Source of the DNA: an uncultured Verrucomicrobia subdivision 3 bacterium
Lineage (GTDB): Bacteria; Verrucomicrobiota; Verrucomicrobiia; Limisphaerales; UBA11358
Length of the DNA: 64,000 nt
Assembly: GCA_903944085.1 (NCBI GenBank)
Contig: CAJAQO010000215.1
Coordinates: forward strand, 984 to 64,983
Direction of reading: 5' to 3'
Under the pieces are notes generated by a model that saw only the letters and a list, made by a program, of their open reading frames with translations, did not search any database and was not told the DNA's origin. Below, piece by piece: positions 7,995 through 17,786 of this stretch (positions are counted from its first letter, which is position 1; each line of letters begins with the position of its first letter). The position numbers and the translations under genes are program-made.

Positions 7995-8780
7995 CTAATA
8001 AACGTGGGCGTAATTCTGCCGGTCGGTATCGCTGATGCACCAAAGGTTGAGCGGATACATGACCTTGGGGCATTTGTAGTAGCGGGCGCTCCCGTCCGTG
8101 AAAGCATAGTTTGAACCACCAGATCCCGAACCGGACGTGGCGTTGGCACCGGTGCCGGAGTGGCGGCTCTGCTCGAGCACCTGGTCAATGTCGTTGCCAT
8201 TGCCTTCCAGCAAATCCATATAGTAATCCGTGGCGGACGTGAATTTTTCACCAAGGATAATCGTTTCGCTGGGATAGCGGATGGCATTTTCCTTCAACCC
8301 GCTTTGAGCTTCAGCATTTTGCACCTGCGTAAAATCCGTGGTGCCAAGGCTGGCGGCAAACCAGTCATTCCAGCCGTTGATCAAATAGCTGCGGGGCGCG
8401 GCGTCGGCCACGTTGTTTGATCCGGACCCGGACTGCGGGATTTGGCCGTTGATGCCGTCAGTTGGGCACAGCAGCAGTTTGGTATTTTTGCCGTAGCTCT
8501 CGTAGAATTTGTCCGGCCACCGGTCGGTGTTGGAACGCACGGGATAAGCCCCCCGGTTATCATCCACATAAAGGCGCGAGGCAATGCTCAACTGCCGGAG
8601 ATTATTCAAACACGCAATGCGCTTGCCCGTTTCCTTGGCCCGGGCCAGCGCCGGCAGCAGCATCGCCGCCAGAATCGCGATGATGGCGATGACCACCAGC
8701 AATTCAATCAGTGTGAACGCGCGGTCGGCGCGAATTTTTGGTTCGCGGCGGCCGTAAATTTTTTGTTCGTTTTTTTTCAT
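7995..8780 (-). CDS. Prepilin-type N-terminal cleavage/methylation domain protein (PVC-type pseudopilin-like)
   Basis: [50 protein letters not shown]...; C-terminal ...[12 protein letters not shown]. Start taken at the internal ATG (8780) rather than the tracked 8834. Confidence 0.85.
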   Translation of the reverse strand: MKKNEQKIYGRREPKIRADRAFTLIELLVVIAIIAILAAMLLPALARAKETGKRIACLNNLRQLSIASRLYVDDNRGAYPVRSNTDRWPDKFYESYGKNTKLLLCPTDGINGQIPQSGSGSNNVADAAPRSYLINGWNDWFAASLGTTDFTQVQNAEAQSGLKENAIRYPSETIILGEKFTSATDYYMDLLEGNGNDIDQVLEQSRHSGTGANATSGSGSGGSNYAFTDGSARYYKCPKVMYPLNLWCISDTDRQNYAHVY

Positions 8781-8851
8781 AACCTGTCGTCCTTGAATTG
8801 CGTCTGACCACCCAGTTCGACGCGTTGGGTCCACGCCGCGTTACAAATTTT

Positions 8852-9286
8852 ATGACAAAAAAGAACCTGCTGCTAATCCTTTTTGCAATCGCGCTGGCCT
8901 TCGTTTACGCCATCTGGTTCACCGACTGGTTCCGGCCCGCGACGGTGCAGATTTTCCACACCAACCGCAATCCGCGCCCGAATCTCCGGCGCGGCGGCCC
9001 CATGCAATCCCTGATTTTCGGCGTCAATCATCCGCTCCGGTTCACCGAACTCAAAGTGGTCCCGCTCACCGGCTTTTCGACGAATAAAAACGTCGTGCCG
9101 CTCTGGCATCTCATCTCCGACTCCAACTCCGTGCCGGTGAAATCGTTTTATTACGGCCAGCTCATCGGCGGCATGCGGCCCGCCATGAAAGGTGTCCGGC
9201 CCGAAACGCTTGAAACCAATGTCACCTACCGCCTGTTCATCACCGCCGGAAAAATCAAGGGCGAACACGATTTCGAATTGAAATAA
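8852..9286 (+). CDS. Hypothetical N-terminally membrane-anchored protein
   Basis: MTKKNLLLILFAIALAFVYAIWF... gives a single N-terminal hydrophobic helix. No recognisable family. Confidence 0.5.
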   Translation: MTKKNLLLILFAIALAFVYAIWFTDWFRPATVQIFHTNRNPRPNLRRGGPMQSLIFGVNHPLRFTELKVVPLTGFSTNKNVVPLWHLISDSNSVPVKSFYYGQLIGGMRPAMKGVRPETLETNVTYRLFITAGKIKGEHDFELK

Positions 9287-9351
9287 TTTTCCGCGCGTCG
9301 TCACCAATTTGCGAGTTTGCTGGATCGCCCGTGCCGGAGGGGAAAATGCTT

Positions 9352-9600
9352 TTAGACTTTTGACTTCGAGCCGGCACGCGCGTCGTTTGCGTTTTTCTTG
9401 GCGAGCAGCATCGGGACAAGTTTTTCGAGCCGGTGGTTCACGGTTTCAGCCTGCTTCGCCTCCGCAATCCATTGGATGAACTCGTGGCGGTGAGAACTGG
9501 CAAGATGGTCGAATACCGCCTTGGCTTCCGGATTGGCCGCCAGCGCTTTCATCAACGCTGGCGGAACCGGTTTTGCAACCGGATTTAAGCCAGATTTCAC
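9352..9600 (-). CDS. YdeI/OmpD-associated (OmdA) family small protein
   Basis: 82 aa. VPPALMKALAANPEAKAVFDHLASSHRHEFIQWIAEAKQAETVNHRLEKLV fits the OmdA/YdeI C-terminal pattern. Confidence 0.6.
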   Translation of the reverse strand: MKSGLNPVAKPVPPALMKALAANPEAKAVFDHLASSHRHEFIQWIAEAKQAETVNHRLEKLVPMLLAKKNANDARAGSKSKV

Positions 9601-10592
9601 GACAGCGAAAAATAATCCGCGCTTTGATAATTGCCTTCCGCCTGTTTGGCGATTTGCATCAGCACATCGTTGACGAGCGTGCTCGCGCCAAAGCGGAACA
9701 GCTCTGGCGTGAGCCAGTCGTCGCCGAGCGTTTCCTTGACCATCACCAGATAGGCGAGCGCCTGCTTGGCCGTGCGGATGCCGCCGGCGGGCTTCATGCC
9801 GATGCGGATGCCGGTGGCGAAAAAATAATCGCGGATGGCTTCCAGCATCACCAGCGTGACGGGCATTGTCGCGGCGGGCGAAATTTTGCCGGTGCTGGTC
9901 TTGATGAAATCCGCGCCGGCCTGCATGGCGATTTCGCTGGCGAGTCGGACGTTGTCATAAGTGACAAGTTCGCCGGTTTCGAGAATGACTTTCAGATGCG
10001 CCGCACCGCACGCCTCCTTCACCGCAATAATTTCGTCGAAAACTTTCGCGTGATCGCCGGCGAGAAAGGCGCAGCGGTCAATGACCATGTCAATTTCATC
10101 CGCGCCATCGGCCACGGCGCGGCGGACTTCGCCCAGTTTCGTCGGCAACGGGAATTGTCCGCTCGGAAACCCGGTGGCGACCGATGCAATTTTTACCGGT
10201 GAATTTTCGCCCAGAAATTTCCGCGCGTATTTCACCATATTTGGATAGACGCACACGGCGGCGCAACTCGGCACGGCATATTTCGGATCGGCGGGCGAGA
10301 GCGCCTTGCGACAAAGATACGCGACTTTGCCGGGCGTATCCTTGCCTTCGAGCGTGGTGAGGTCGCACATGCTCACGGCCATTTTCAAACCCGCGAGCTT
10401 GGCGGAAGTTTTAATGCTGCGCTTGGCGAAGGAAGCGGCGCGTTCCTCGGCCATCACGGCGTCAACCGTCGGAACGCCGGCGTGGGGCGCGCGGCGCGCG
10501 GCGCGAAGAGTTGAAAACTCTGACCGCTCACTGGTTAACGCGGACGATTTCATATTTAGGAGGATTTTGGCGGCGACGACGCGCGGCGTCAA
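9597..10592 (-). CDS. deoC: Deoxyribose-phosphate aldolase (long form)
   Basis: CDLTTLEGKDTPGKV..., VCVYP, ASVATGFPSGQ, EIDMVI, LKVILETGEL, FIKTSTGK (Schiff-base Lys motif). Confidence 0.85.
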   Translation of the reverse strand: MTPRVVAAKILLNMKSSALTSERSEFSTLRAARRAPHAGVPTVDAVMAEERAASFAKRSIKTSAKLAGLKMAVSMCDLTTLEGKDTPGKVAYLCRKALSPADPKYAVPSCAAVCVYPNMVKYARKFLGENSPVKIASVATGFPSGQFPLPTKLGEVRRAVADGADEIDMVIDRCAFLAGDHAKVFDEIIAVKEACGAAHLKVILETGELVTYDNVRLASEIAMQAGADFIKTSTGKISPAATMPVTLVMLEAIRDYFFATGIRIGMKPAGGIRTAKQALAYLVMVKETLGDDWLTPELFRFGASTLVNDVLMQIAKQAEGNYQSADYFSLS

Positions 10593-11704
10593 TGCGCTTT
10601 AACCGGGCGCGATTTGAACGCCATCAGGCCGGCGATCAATTGGTCCAGTTGCGCCCGCGTATGTTCGCTGGCGATGACAAACCGGAAAATTCCCTGCGCC
10701 GATGCGCCGCCGTATTTTAGAAACGGCGGATAAATTCCCGCCGCGAGCAAGCGCGTTTTCAAATCCGCAACTTGGATTTCCGACAGCGCCGGCAATCGCA
10801 CAATCGGCCCCGGCGTTTCGGCAAGGTTCCAGCCGGCAGCGCGCAATTTTGTCCGCACATAAATTAAATTCTGAAACAGTCTATTCCGTCGTGCCGGTTC
10901 GCGGCGCAGAATTTTCATTGCGGTCAGCGCGGCCCCGGCGAGTGGCGGCGGCAAAGGTGTGGTGCCGGCAAACGCCCGGCTGCGCGCCAGAATTTTTTTC
11001 CGCAATGCGCTGGTGACCAGGGCCACGCCGCCATAAGCGCCGAACGCCTTGCTCAACGTCGCGCACTGAATGATGCGTTTCCGGGTCACGGCTTCAAGCT
11101 CCAGCGTGCCTTTGCCCGTCGCGCCCAAAACGCCCGCGCCGTGCGCGTCGTCCACCAGAATCATTCCGCCGGCTGGCAAAATTTTCAGATATTCCCGCAG
11201 CGGCGCGACCGAGCCGTCGTGCGAAAACATGCCATCCGTCAACACCAGCGGCCATGCGTTCCGGTCGCATTTTGAAAGGAGTTTTGCGAGGGCGGCGGCG
11301 GTGCGGTGTCGGAATTTTTTCACCGGGCAATCGAGCATCCGCGCCGCATCCATCAGCGCGCCATGCGCAAATTCATCCACGAAGGCGTGCGTGAATTCGC
11401 CCGCCAGCACCTGCGCCACGGCGAACGGCGCAAAATAGCCGTCCGGCAAAACGAGCGCCGATTCCGCGCCAAAAAAACGGGCGAGTTCCGTTTCGAGCTG
11501 CGCGTAAATTTTATGGTTGCCGGTCGTGCGGCGCGAGGCGGCGACATTGAGGCCGTGTTGCGCCAAAGCTTTATTGGCGGCGGCGGCCAGACGCGGATCA
11601 CGGGCGAGGCGGAAATAATCGCAGCCGGAAAAATAGAGCAGCGTGCGACCGTGCCAACGCACTTCATTGTTGCCGACAAATTGCAGCGGTTCCGGCTCGG
11701 TCAT
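10589..11704 (-). CDS. PLP-dependent alpha-oxoamine synthase family protein (8-amino-7-oxononanoate synthase / Kbl-like)
   Basis: ...DDAHGAGVLG..., TLSKAFGAYGG (PLP lysine). Start set at ATG 11704 (MTEPEPLQF) because the tracked upstream extension overlaps the terminator of the preceding gene. Confidence 0.8.
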   Translation of the reverse strand: MTEPEPLQFVGNNEVRWHGRTLLYFSGCDYFRLARDPRLAAAANKALAQHGLNVAASRRTTGNHKIYAQLETELARFFGAESALVLPDGYFAPFAVAQVLAGEFTHAFVDEFAHGALMDAARMLDCPVKKFRHRTAAALAKLLSKCDRNAWPLVLTDGMFSHDGSVAPLREYLKILPAGGMILVDDAHGAGVLGATGKGTLELEAVTRKRIIQCATLSKAFGAYGGVALVTSALRKKILARSRAFAGTTPLPPPLAGAALTAMKILRREPARRNRLFQNLIYVRTKLRAAGWNLAETPGPIVRLPALSEIQVADLKTRLLAAGIYPPFLKYGGASAQGIFRFVIASEHTRAQLDQLIAGLMAFKSRPVKAH

Positions 11705-11770
11705 GGCGGAAGCATAATTTGGAAATTCAAAACTGCACGCGCGAAAATGCGGTGGCGAGGCGGCCGCCTT

Positions 11771-11811
11771 GAAAATAAAAAACCGGGACAACGGCTGGCG
11801 TTGCCCCGGTT
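11771..11811 (-). terminator. Intrinsic terminator after the giant repeat-protein gene
   Basis: Minus strand AACCGGGGCAACG-CCAGC-CGTTGTCCCGGTT followed by TTTTATTTTC. Confidence 0.75.
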
Positions 11812-11829
11812 TGATGATGCTGACCGCAA

Positions 11830-14800
11830 TTATTGCGTTTGCAGGATGAAGAAATCCTGCGGCAGTCCGGAGTTCAAAGCGCCGCTGATGGTATAGTTGA
11901 AATTGCCGGAACCGTCAAAGCTGCCGGACGTCACCGTGGTCCATTGCAGGATCGGCTGGGTGAGATTGGTGGTGGACAGAACGTTAACGGTGCCGAAGGG
12001 AGTTCCACCGGTGGCGTTGAGAATGATGTCGCTGCCAGAAGTGACAAAGCTGCTGATGACCAGCTTGGCCATGGCCACACGCAAGGTGCCGTCCACTGTC
12101 AGCTTGCTCGTATCCCAAGCCCAAGGTCCGCCAGACAGCGAAGCTGGTGTCGCCGGGGTGATGCTGTCGAAGGCACCGCTATAATTGGTCGCGCTGAACA
12201 ACTTGAAGACGGAATTGGTTTCCACACTGATGACGTTGAGGTTCAAATTGCCGCCGTAATTGATTTGGGCCAGGCCTTGAATCGTGTCGTTGGTCGCGCC
12301 GCCGGCATATTGGTAATGGTCCACGTCCATGTTCAGCGTGGATCCGCTTTGGAGGGTCAGCACGTTGGTCACCGACATTGGTTCAGGCAGGCCGAGGTCG
12401 TCGCCAACATTGATGATTGAGCCGCTTTGGGCGGTCAAACTGCCGCGAACGGTGCCACTGCCTTGCAGCGTTTGACCGGAAGACAAAGTGATGGTGCCAT
12501 CGGTCCGGGCAGAAACATCCAAGACGGTGTTGGTGAACACGGAAATGGTCGGCGTGCTGCTGATGCTTCCAGCCCCGCTCAAAGCGAGCGTGCCGCCGTT
12601 GATGACGGTCGTCCCGTTGTAGGTGTTCGCACCTGACAACGTCAGCGCGCCGGTGCCGACTTTTACAAGATTGACTTTGGCACCCGTGCCGCCGGCTCCA
12701 GTCTTGATGGCACCGGCAAAAGCAGAATCTGAATTTCGTCCGCCAATGGTATAAGTGGTGGCAGCCGAACCGGAATTTTGACTGCCGCGCAATTGCGTGT
12801 TGGGGCCGCCAGCCAGCGCGCCCAGGGAATAATTCCCACCGTCGCGGTTGTATAACACGTTGGTGCCAGCGCCCAGATCAAATACCGCATTGGAGGCATT
12901 CAAAGTGGTGCCGGCGGTGGGGAAGAAACGCAATTGTGACAGCGTGTCAGCGACGAACGTGCCGGTGAAAGCCGTTGAGTCAATGGCTTGAAGCGTGAGC
13001 AGTTGATTGGCGGCGGACTGCTCTAGAATCACCGTCCCGCTGCCGGTAACTTTGCCAACGGTGTCATTGCCGCCGGTGGTGATGAAATTGTTGGTGCCGA
13101 TGATATTCGGAGTGTTGCTCAATACTTGCGAATCACCGCTGAACACGAAAGTGGCGGCATTGCTGGTCACGCCATTCAAGGTCAAAATATTGGTGCCGAT
13201 ACCCGTGGCCGGGTTGGCCCGGAGGCTGCCCGCATTGATAATGGTGCCGCCGCTATAATCATTTCCACCGGTCAAAGTGATTTGCCCGTTGCCCGTCTTG
13301 GTCAGCGCACCCAGACCAGTCAGATAACCTGAAAGCGTCAGCGTTTTCGTCGCATTCGTCACGCTCAACGTGCCCCCGTTTGTCCCCAGCGTGAGGCCGC
13401 GGTCGCTGCTGATATTGCCGCCCAGATATTCGAACGTGGCATTGTCTATGAAAAGGTTGGCCTGACTATTGGGCGCGCTGCCGATGGAACTAGCCACGCC
13501 GCCGTTGGCCAGAGTGGCGACGCTCAATTTGCCGCCGGTGATGGCCGTCACGCCGGCATAATTGTTGACGGTCAGTATGGTCAAAGTGCCGGAGTTGGTC
13601 TTGAGCAAGCCGCCGCTGCCATCAATCGAACCGGCTCCCGTGAAGGCATAATTCGCCGTCGCATCCACCGTGATCGCCGTCGGAGCTACGCTGCCCACCA
13701 CCGTGACAGTCGCATTGGCCGCGCCCGTGGCGTCAAATCGCACGGTGTCGCCCTGCACAAAATAATCCAGCGCTCCCGCGTTCAACCAGTTGGTGCTGAC
13801 GCTCAAATCCCAGTTGGCATTCAACGGATTGCCAACCCAGACGGTGCTGGCCGGACCACGGAGGGTGTTCAGGGTATTCAGGTAAATGACTTTGTTCACC
13901 GCATCGTTGGACAACACACCCACCGCACCGCTAAGCACAAAGTTGGTGAGGCCACCATTGAAATTGCCGCCGTATTGAATCAGCGCATAGCTGGTGCCGC
14001 TGGTCGGCGTGCCGCCGATCTGGATCGAATTTGTCCCGCTCACATTCAAGTCGCCGGCGACAAATACAAAATCGTTGCTGCTGACGCCCAGCGGATTGCT
14101 GGACAAGTCAAAGTGATTGATAACTCCGCCGGAAGTATTGCCAATTTCAGTGACAGAATTCGAAAACGACAATGCGCCGTTCGTCCCCGTCACGCCGGGA
14201 TTGATGATGGCACCGGAGACGAAGGTCACCGCGCCCGTCACCACGCCGAAGCCGCCAAGGGTCCTGCCCGAAGCATTGGTATAGCCACCGCTGACGGATG
14301 AGATGTCCAAAGTCGCGCCGCTGGCCAGCGAGATTTGCGCACTGGCAATGGAACCGTTGGCACCCAACGCCAGCGTGCCGGCGTTCACCAGCGTGTTTCC
14401 GGTGTAAGTATTGGTCGCCAGCAAGGTCAGCGTGCCGCCGCCGGTTTTTGCCAGGACCGCACTGCTGCCGCTCAAAATATTTGAAAAAATGATATTGTGC
14501 GGCGTGCCGACCGCATCGGCGGCTTGCACGGTGAGGGTGCCGGTCAGCGGCATCGCGGCGATGGCGTAACTGGCCCAATCCGCCTTGGCCGCCAGCGTGC
14601 CGCCGGTGATCGCGATGTTGAACGCGGTTTTAACCGGGCCAACATTGGCCACCAAGCCGCCGCTCCCAAGATAGATGATGCCGCCGGACAGGTTCAGCCG
14701 GGCGTAGGCATTCGTGATGGTGGCGTCCTTGATCAACGTGATTTTTTCCGCCGTCAGCGAGCCGGCGCTGATGTCGAGCACGCCGCCGATGTTGGCGTTG

Positions 14801-15849
14801 GCGACGGTGACAGCCGTCTGATAATTTCCCTGATTAGCTAGAATGATGCCGCCGGCACCGGTCGAAACCACCGTGCCGCCGCGCACGAGAAATTGCGAAC
14901 GCCGATCGCTGGAACTTGCCGCATTGGTGTTGTCGCTGATGTTGAACACGCCGGTGTTAGTCACGATGCCGCCGGGGCCGATCGTGGCAAAAGCCTGGGA
15001 ATTGCCGGTGCCAATTTGAATATCCGTCGCATTGACCACCGCATTGGTAACCACCAAGCCGCCGGCACTGGTTGAGCGAAACACGCTGAAATTGCCCAGG
15101 TTGGCGACCGCGCCGTTGCCGACATCAATCCGCTCGGCGCCGTCAGTGCTCGTGTCATTAATGCGGCTGTTGCCCAGACAGTTGAGCGTGCCACCTTTGA
15201 TATAAAAACGGCTGCCGACACCCGCCACAGTCAGCAGTTTGTCCAGCGTCACCGTTCCACCATTGATGGTGACGATGGCTCCCGCACTCGGACTGCTCGC
15301 CCCCACATTCATGCCGCCCGTGGTAATCGAGTTAGTCATCGTAAACCCGCTGCCTGGATTAATCGTCAAGACGTTGACCGCAGTGGCTGCGTTCGGAAGT
15401 GTAATTGCCCCGGCGTTCGTGAAAAACATGGTGCCATTGTTGGTCACCACGGAACCGGCGGCAAAGGTCGTGGCCCCGGCGTTCGCCACGGTCAGCATGC
15501 CGTTGGTGTTGACGGCCAAACTGCCGCCGGAACTCACCGTCAACGGCACCACGCTCGTCAAACCGGGATTGATATTGAAGCCGTTGGTGTTGACCGTCAA
15601 AGCTCCGCCGAGCGAAAGCGTGGCAAAACTCGTGGCGGCCATCGGCGTATTATAATTCACCGTGTAGCCGCCGATCACCGCATTCGTGCCTTCCGCCGGC
15701 ACGCCAGCATCCCAGTTGGCAGCGGTATTCCAATTATGGTCCGCCGCTGTGTCAATCCAATTGGCTGTGGTTTGCGCCCGGCTGGTGGCCAAGCTGAGGC
15801 TCAAGCTTCCGGCGCACAGCGCCGTGCTAAAAATGGTTTTAATTTTCAT
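11830..15849 (-). CDS. Giant secreted beta-strand repeat protein (autotransporter-associated beta-strand repeat type)
   Basis: 1339 aa. Signal peptide MKIKTIFSTALCAGSLSLSLATSRAQT. Many repeats of the type GGGTLTL.ATNTYTGNTLVNAGTLAL, GTLTILTVNNYAGVTAITGGKL, GALTLSGANTYNGTTVINGGTLAL. Confidence 0.85.
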   Translation of the reverse strand: MKIKTIFSTALCAGSLSLSLATSRAQTTANWIDTAADHNWNTAANWDAGVPAEGTNAVIGGYTVNYNTPMAATSFATLSLGGALTVNTNGFNINPGLTSVVPLTVSSGGSLAVNTNGMLTVANAGATTFAAGSVVTNNGTMFFTNAGAITLPNAATAVNVLTINPGSGFTMTNSITTGGMNVGASSPSAGAIVTINGGTVTLDKLLTVAGVGSRFYIKGGTLNCLGNSRINDTSTDGAERIDVGNGAVANLGNFSVFRSTSAGGLVVTNAVVNATDIQIGTGNSQAFATIGPGGIVTNTGVFNISDNTNAASSSDRRSQFLVRGGTVVSTGAGGIILANQGNYQTAVTVANANIGGVLDISAGSLTAEKITLIKDATITNAYARLNLSGGIIYLGSGGLVANVGPVKTAFNIAITGGTLAAKADWASYAIAAMPLTGTLTVQAADAVGTPHNIIFSNILSGSSAVLAKTGGGTLTLLATNTYTGNTLVNAGTLALGANGSIASAQISLASGATLDISSVSGGYTNASGRTLGGFGVVTGAVTFVSGAIINPGVTGTNGALSFSNSVTEIGNTSGGVINHFDLSSNPLGVSSNDFVFVAGDLNVSGTNSIQIGGTPTSGTSYALIQYGGNFNGGLTNFVLSGAVGVLSNDAVNKVIYLNTLNTLRGPASTVWVGNPLNANWDLSVSTNWLNAGALDYFVQGDTVRFDATGAANATVTVVGSVAPTAITVDATANYAFTGAGSIDGSGGLLKTNSGTLTILTVNNYAGVTAITGGKLSVATLANGGVASSIGSAPNSQANLFIDNATFEYLGGNISSDRGLTLGTNGGTLSVTNATKTLTLSGYLTGLGALTKTGNGQITLTGGNDYSGGTIINAGSLRANPATGIGTNILTLNGVTSNAATFVFSGDSQVLSNTPNIIGTNNFITTGGNDTVGKVTGSGTVILEQSAANQLLTLQAIDSTAFTGTFVADTLSQLRFFPTAGTTLNASNAVFDLGAGTNVLYNRDGGNYSLGALAGGPNTQLRGSQNSGSAATTYTIGGRNSDSAFAGAIKTGAGGTGAKVNLVKVGTGALTLSGANTYNGTTVINGGTLALSGAGSISSTPTISVFTNTVLDVSARTDGTITLSSGQTLQGSGTVRGSLTAQSGSIINVGDDLGLPEPMSVTNVLTLQSGSTLNMDVDHYQYAGGATNDTIQGLAQINYGGNLNLNVISVETNSVFKLFSATNYSGAFDSITPATPASLSGGPWAWDTSKLTVDGTLRVAMAKLVISSFVTSGSDIILNATGGTPFGTVNVLSTTNLTQPILQWTTVTSGSFDGSGNFNYTISGALNSGLPQDFFILQTQ

Positions 15850-16030
15850 AGGTTTGGGGGATTGGAGTCTTGCGCGATGGTAGCGCCAGCAAATTCAATT
15901 GGGTTTACAGCCGTCAATAGTTTGGATTTACTTTAATATAAACTCGGATGATTCGGCCTCAACCCAATTCAGCCTTCAAAAAGTGCAGCTAGATGTGAAA
16001 TTTGTGCGCCCGCACCAACCGGCTAAAAAA

Positions 16031-16570
16031 TCAGGCCAAACCGCCATTGGTCTCCACCCGGCGCGCGAACAGCCACAGCAGATCCGACAACCGGTTCAGA
16101 AAAATCAAAATCTCCGCGTTCGGCAATTCGCCCGCCGCCTGCAAATCAAACACGCGGCGTTCCGCGCGTCGGCAGATGGACCGCGCCAAATCCAGCGCGG
16201 CGGCATGGTGCGTCGCGCCCGGCGTCGCCCAGCCTTTGAAGGAAATGTTTTGCGCCTCGATTTCGTTCACGAGCGCATCGAGCCGGGCGGTCAATTCCGG
16301 CGTCACCAATTTATAGCCGTCTTTGGCGTAGCGCGGCAAATCCTCCGGCAGCACGCCGACCTCGCCCATCACATCCACGAGACTTTTCTGAATCCAGAAT
16401 AAATTTTCGCCGACGAATTTTTCGGCCGCCGTCGCCCGCGCAAGACCGAGCGCGGAATTCAATTCATCCAGCGTCCCACACGCCTCGACGCGCGGATGAT
16501 TTTTCGGCACGCGCCGGCCGTAAATCAGCCCGGTGGATCCATCGTCGCCCGTTTTAGTGGCAATGCTCAT
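16031..16570 (-). CDS. PduO-type ATP:cob(I)alamin adenosyltransferase
   Basis: TKTGDDGSTGLIYGRRVPKNHPRVEACGTLDELNSALG... Confidence 0.85.
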   Translation of the reverse strand: MSIATKTGDDGSTGLIYGRRVPKNHPRVEACGTLDELNSALGLARATAAEKFVGENLFWIQKSLVDVMGEVGVLPEDLPRYAKDGYKLVTPELTARLDALVNEIEAQNISFKGWATPGATHHAAALDLARSICRRAERRVFDLQAAGELPNAEILIFLNRLSDLLWLFARRVETNGGLA

Positions 16571-16648
16571 TTCAAATTCTTAATCGTGATCTCAATCGTA
16601 ATCCCGAAAACCGATTAAGATTACGATTAGGATTAAGATTATGAAAGT
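16571..16648. repeat. Intergenic imperfect palindrome built from hexamer repeats (NNAATC x4 / NGATTA x5)
   Basis: ttaatc gtgatc tcaatc gtaatc ccgaaaac cgatta agatta cgatta ggatta agatta. It fills the whole spacer between the amidase stop and the adenosyltransferase start. Confidence 0.8.
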
Positions 16649-17674
16649 TCACTTTGGCTTTTTTGCACTGGAAACTTTGTTCGTGCTGGCCGGATTGGTT
16701 TTTGACGGTGGCGGCGCGGTCAGTTTTTGATACGCCAAAATTCCCCGCACCATCGCCGCCGCCATTTGCTTGCGATAACCCGCGTCGAAAATCTTTTTGC
16801 CCTCGACCGGATGCGACATATATCCGCCCTCGATCAGGATTGCCGGCATTTGCGCGCTGCGCAACACCTCGAACCGCGCGCGGCGCACGCTGCGATCGGT
16901 CGCGCCGAGACTTCTCACCAGCGCGCGCTGCATTTGATACGCCAGCCGCAGGCTTTTATCCTCGACGCGGTTGGCCGCACACACGGCGTGGGTCGCGCCC
17001 GCGCCTTCGGCATCGTTGGACGACGCCGCACCGACAGGCGTGATGCAATACGTTTCCGGCCCTTGCACGCTCGCGGGATCGCCGGTGGAAAAGGCGTTGA
17101 AATGCAGGCTCACAAACAAGTCCGCGCCGCAGCGGTTGGCCAGGTCCGGACGCACCGGCAGTTCGGGATAAATGTCTTTGTCCCGGGTGAGCATGACATT
17201 GAAGCCCGCCTGGTTGAGCTGCTGCCGCAGTTCCAGCGCCAGCGCCAGCGTGTAAGTTTTTTCGCTGCGCGGAAAAAACCGGCCGACGCGATAGCCGGTG
17301 TCTTTGCCGCCGTGGCCGGGATCAAGGCAGATCGTGGAGATTCTTTTTGCGGCTGGTTTGGGGGCGAACAGCAGCGGGCGGAGCGTTTTGTCCGCATCCA
17401 GTTGCGAGATGAATCCGCCCTTCGCGACGGGAAACGACAGCCGCACATTCACGCCGTTGATGACCGAGTCGGCGGAATCCTTGTTGAACAGCAGACGCGC
17501 CGTTTTGTTGGTGAGGACAAAAACCTCGCCTTTCACCGCATAGCCGCCGAAGCCGTTGGCTCGCGCCCAACCGGCGAGGGAAACATAATCGTGGCCATTG
17601 ATGCTTTCAGCGCACGCCGGCAGTGGCCACGGAGCGGCGAGCAGCAGAAAGGTCAGCGGCAAAAAAAATCTCAC
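16649..17674 (-). CDS. N-acetylmuramoyl-L-alanine amidase (Amidase_3 type)
   Basis: Signal peptide, then ICLDPGHGGKDTG..., LFVSLHFNAF..., PAILIEGGYMSHP. Confidence 0.85.
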   Translation of the reverse strand: MRFFLPLTFLLLAAPWPLPACAESINGHDYVSLAGWARANGFGGYAVKGEVFVLTNKTARLLFNKDSADSVINGVNVRLSFPVAKGGFISQLDADKTLRPLLFAPKPAAKRISTICLDPGHGGKDTGYRVGRFFPRSEKTYTLALALELRQQLNQAGFNVMLTRDKDIYPELPVRPDLANRCGADLFVSLHFNAFSTGDPASVQGPETYCITPVGAASSNDAEGAGATHAVCAANRVEDKSLRLAYQMQRALVRSLGATDRSVRRARFEVLRSAQMPAILIEGGYMSHPVEGKKIFDAGYRKQMAAAMVRGILAYQKLTAPPPSKTNPASTNKVSSAKKPK

Positions 17675-17786
17675 GGTGCCGCAAATTGCCCGCCCCGCGC
17701 CCCGCGTTCAAGGCAAATGACGCACGGCGCTAAAAAGTTTGATTTTCGGCGGCAATGGTTTTTAATGCACTGATTGAGTTTTTGAA

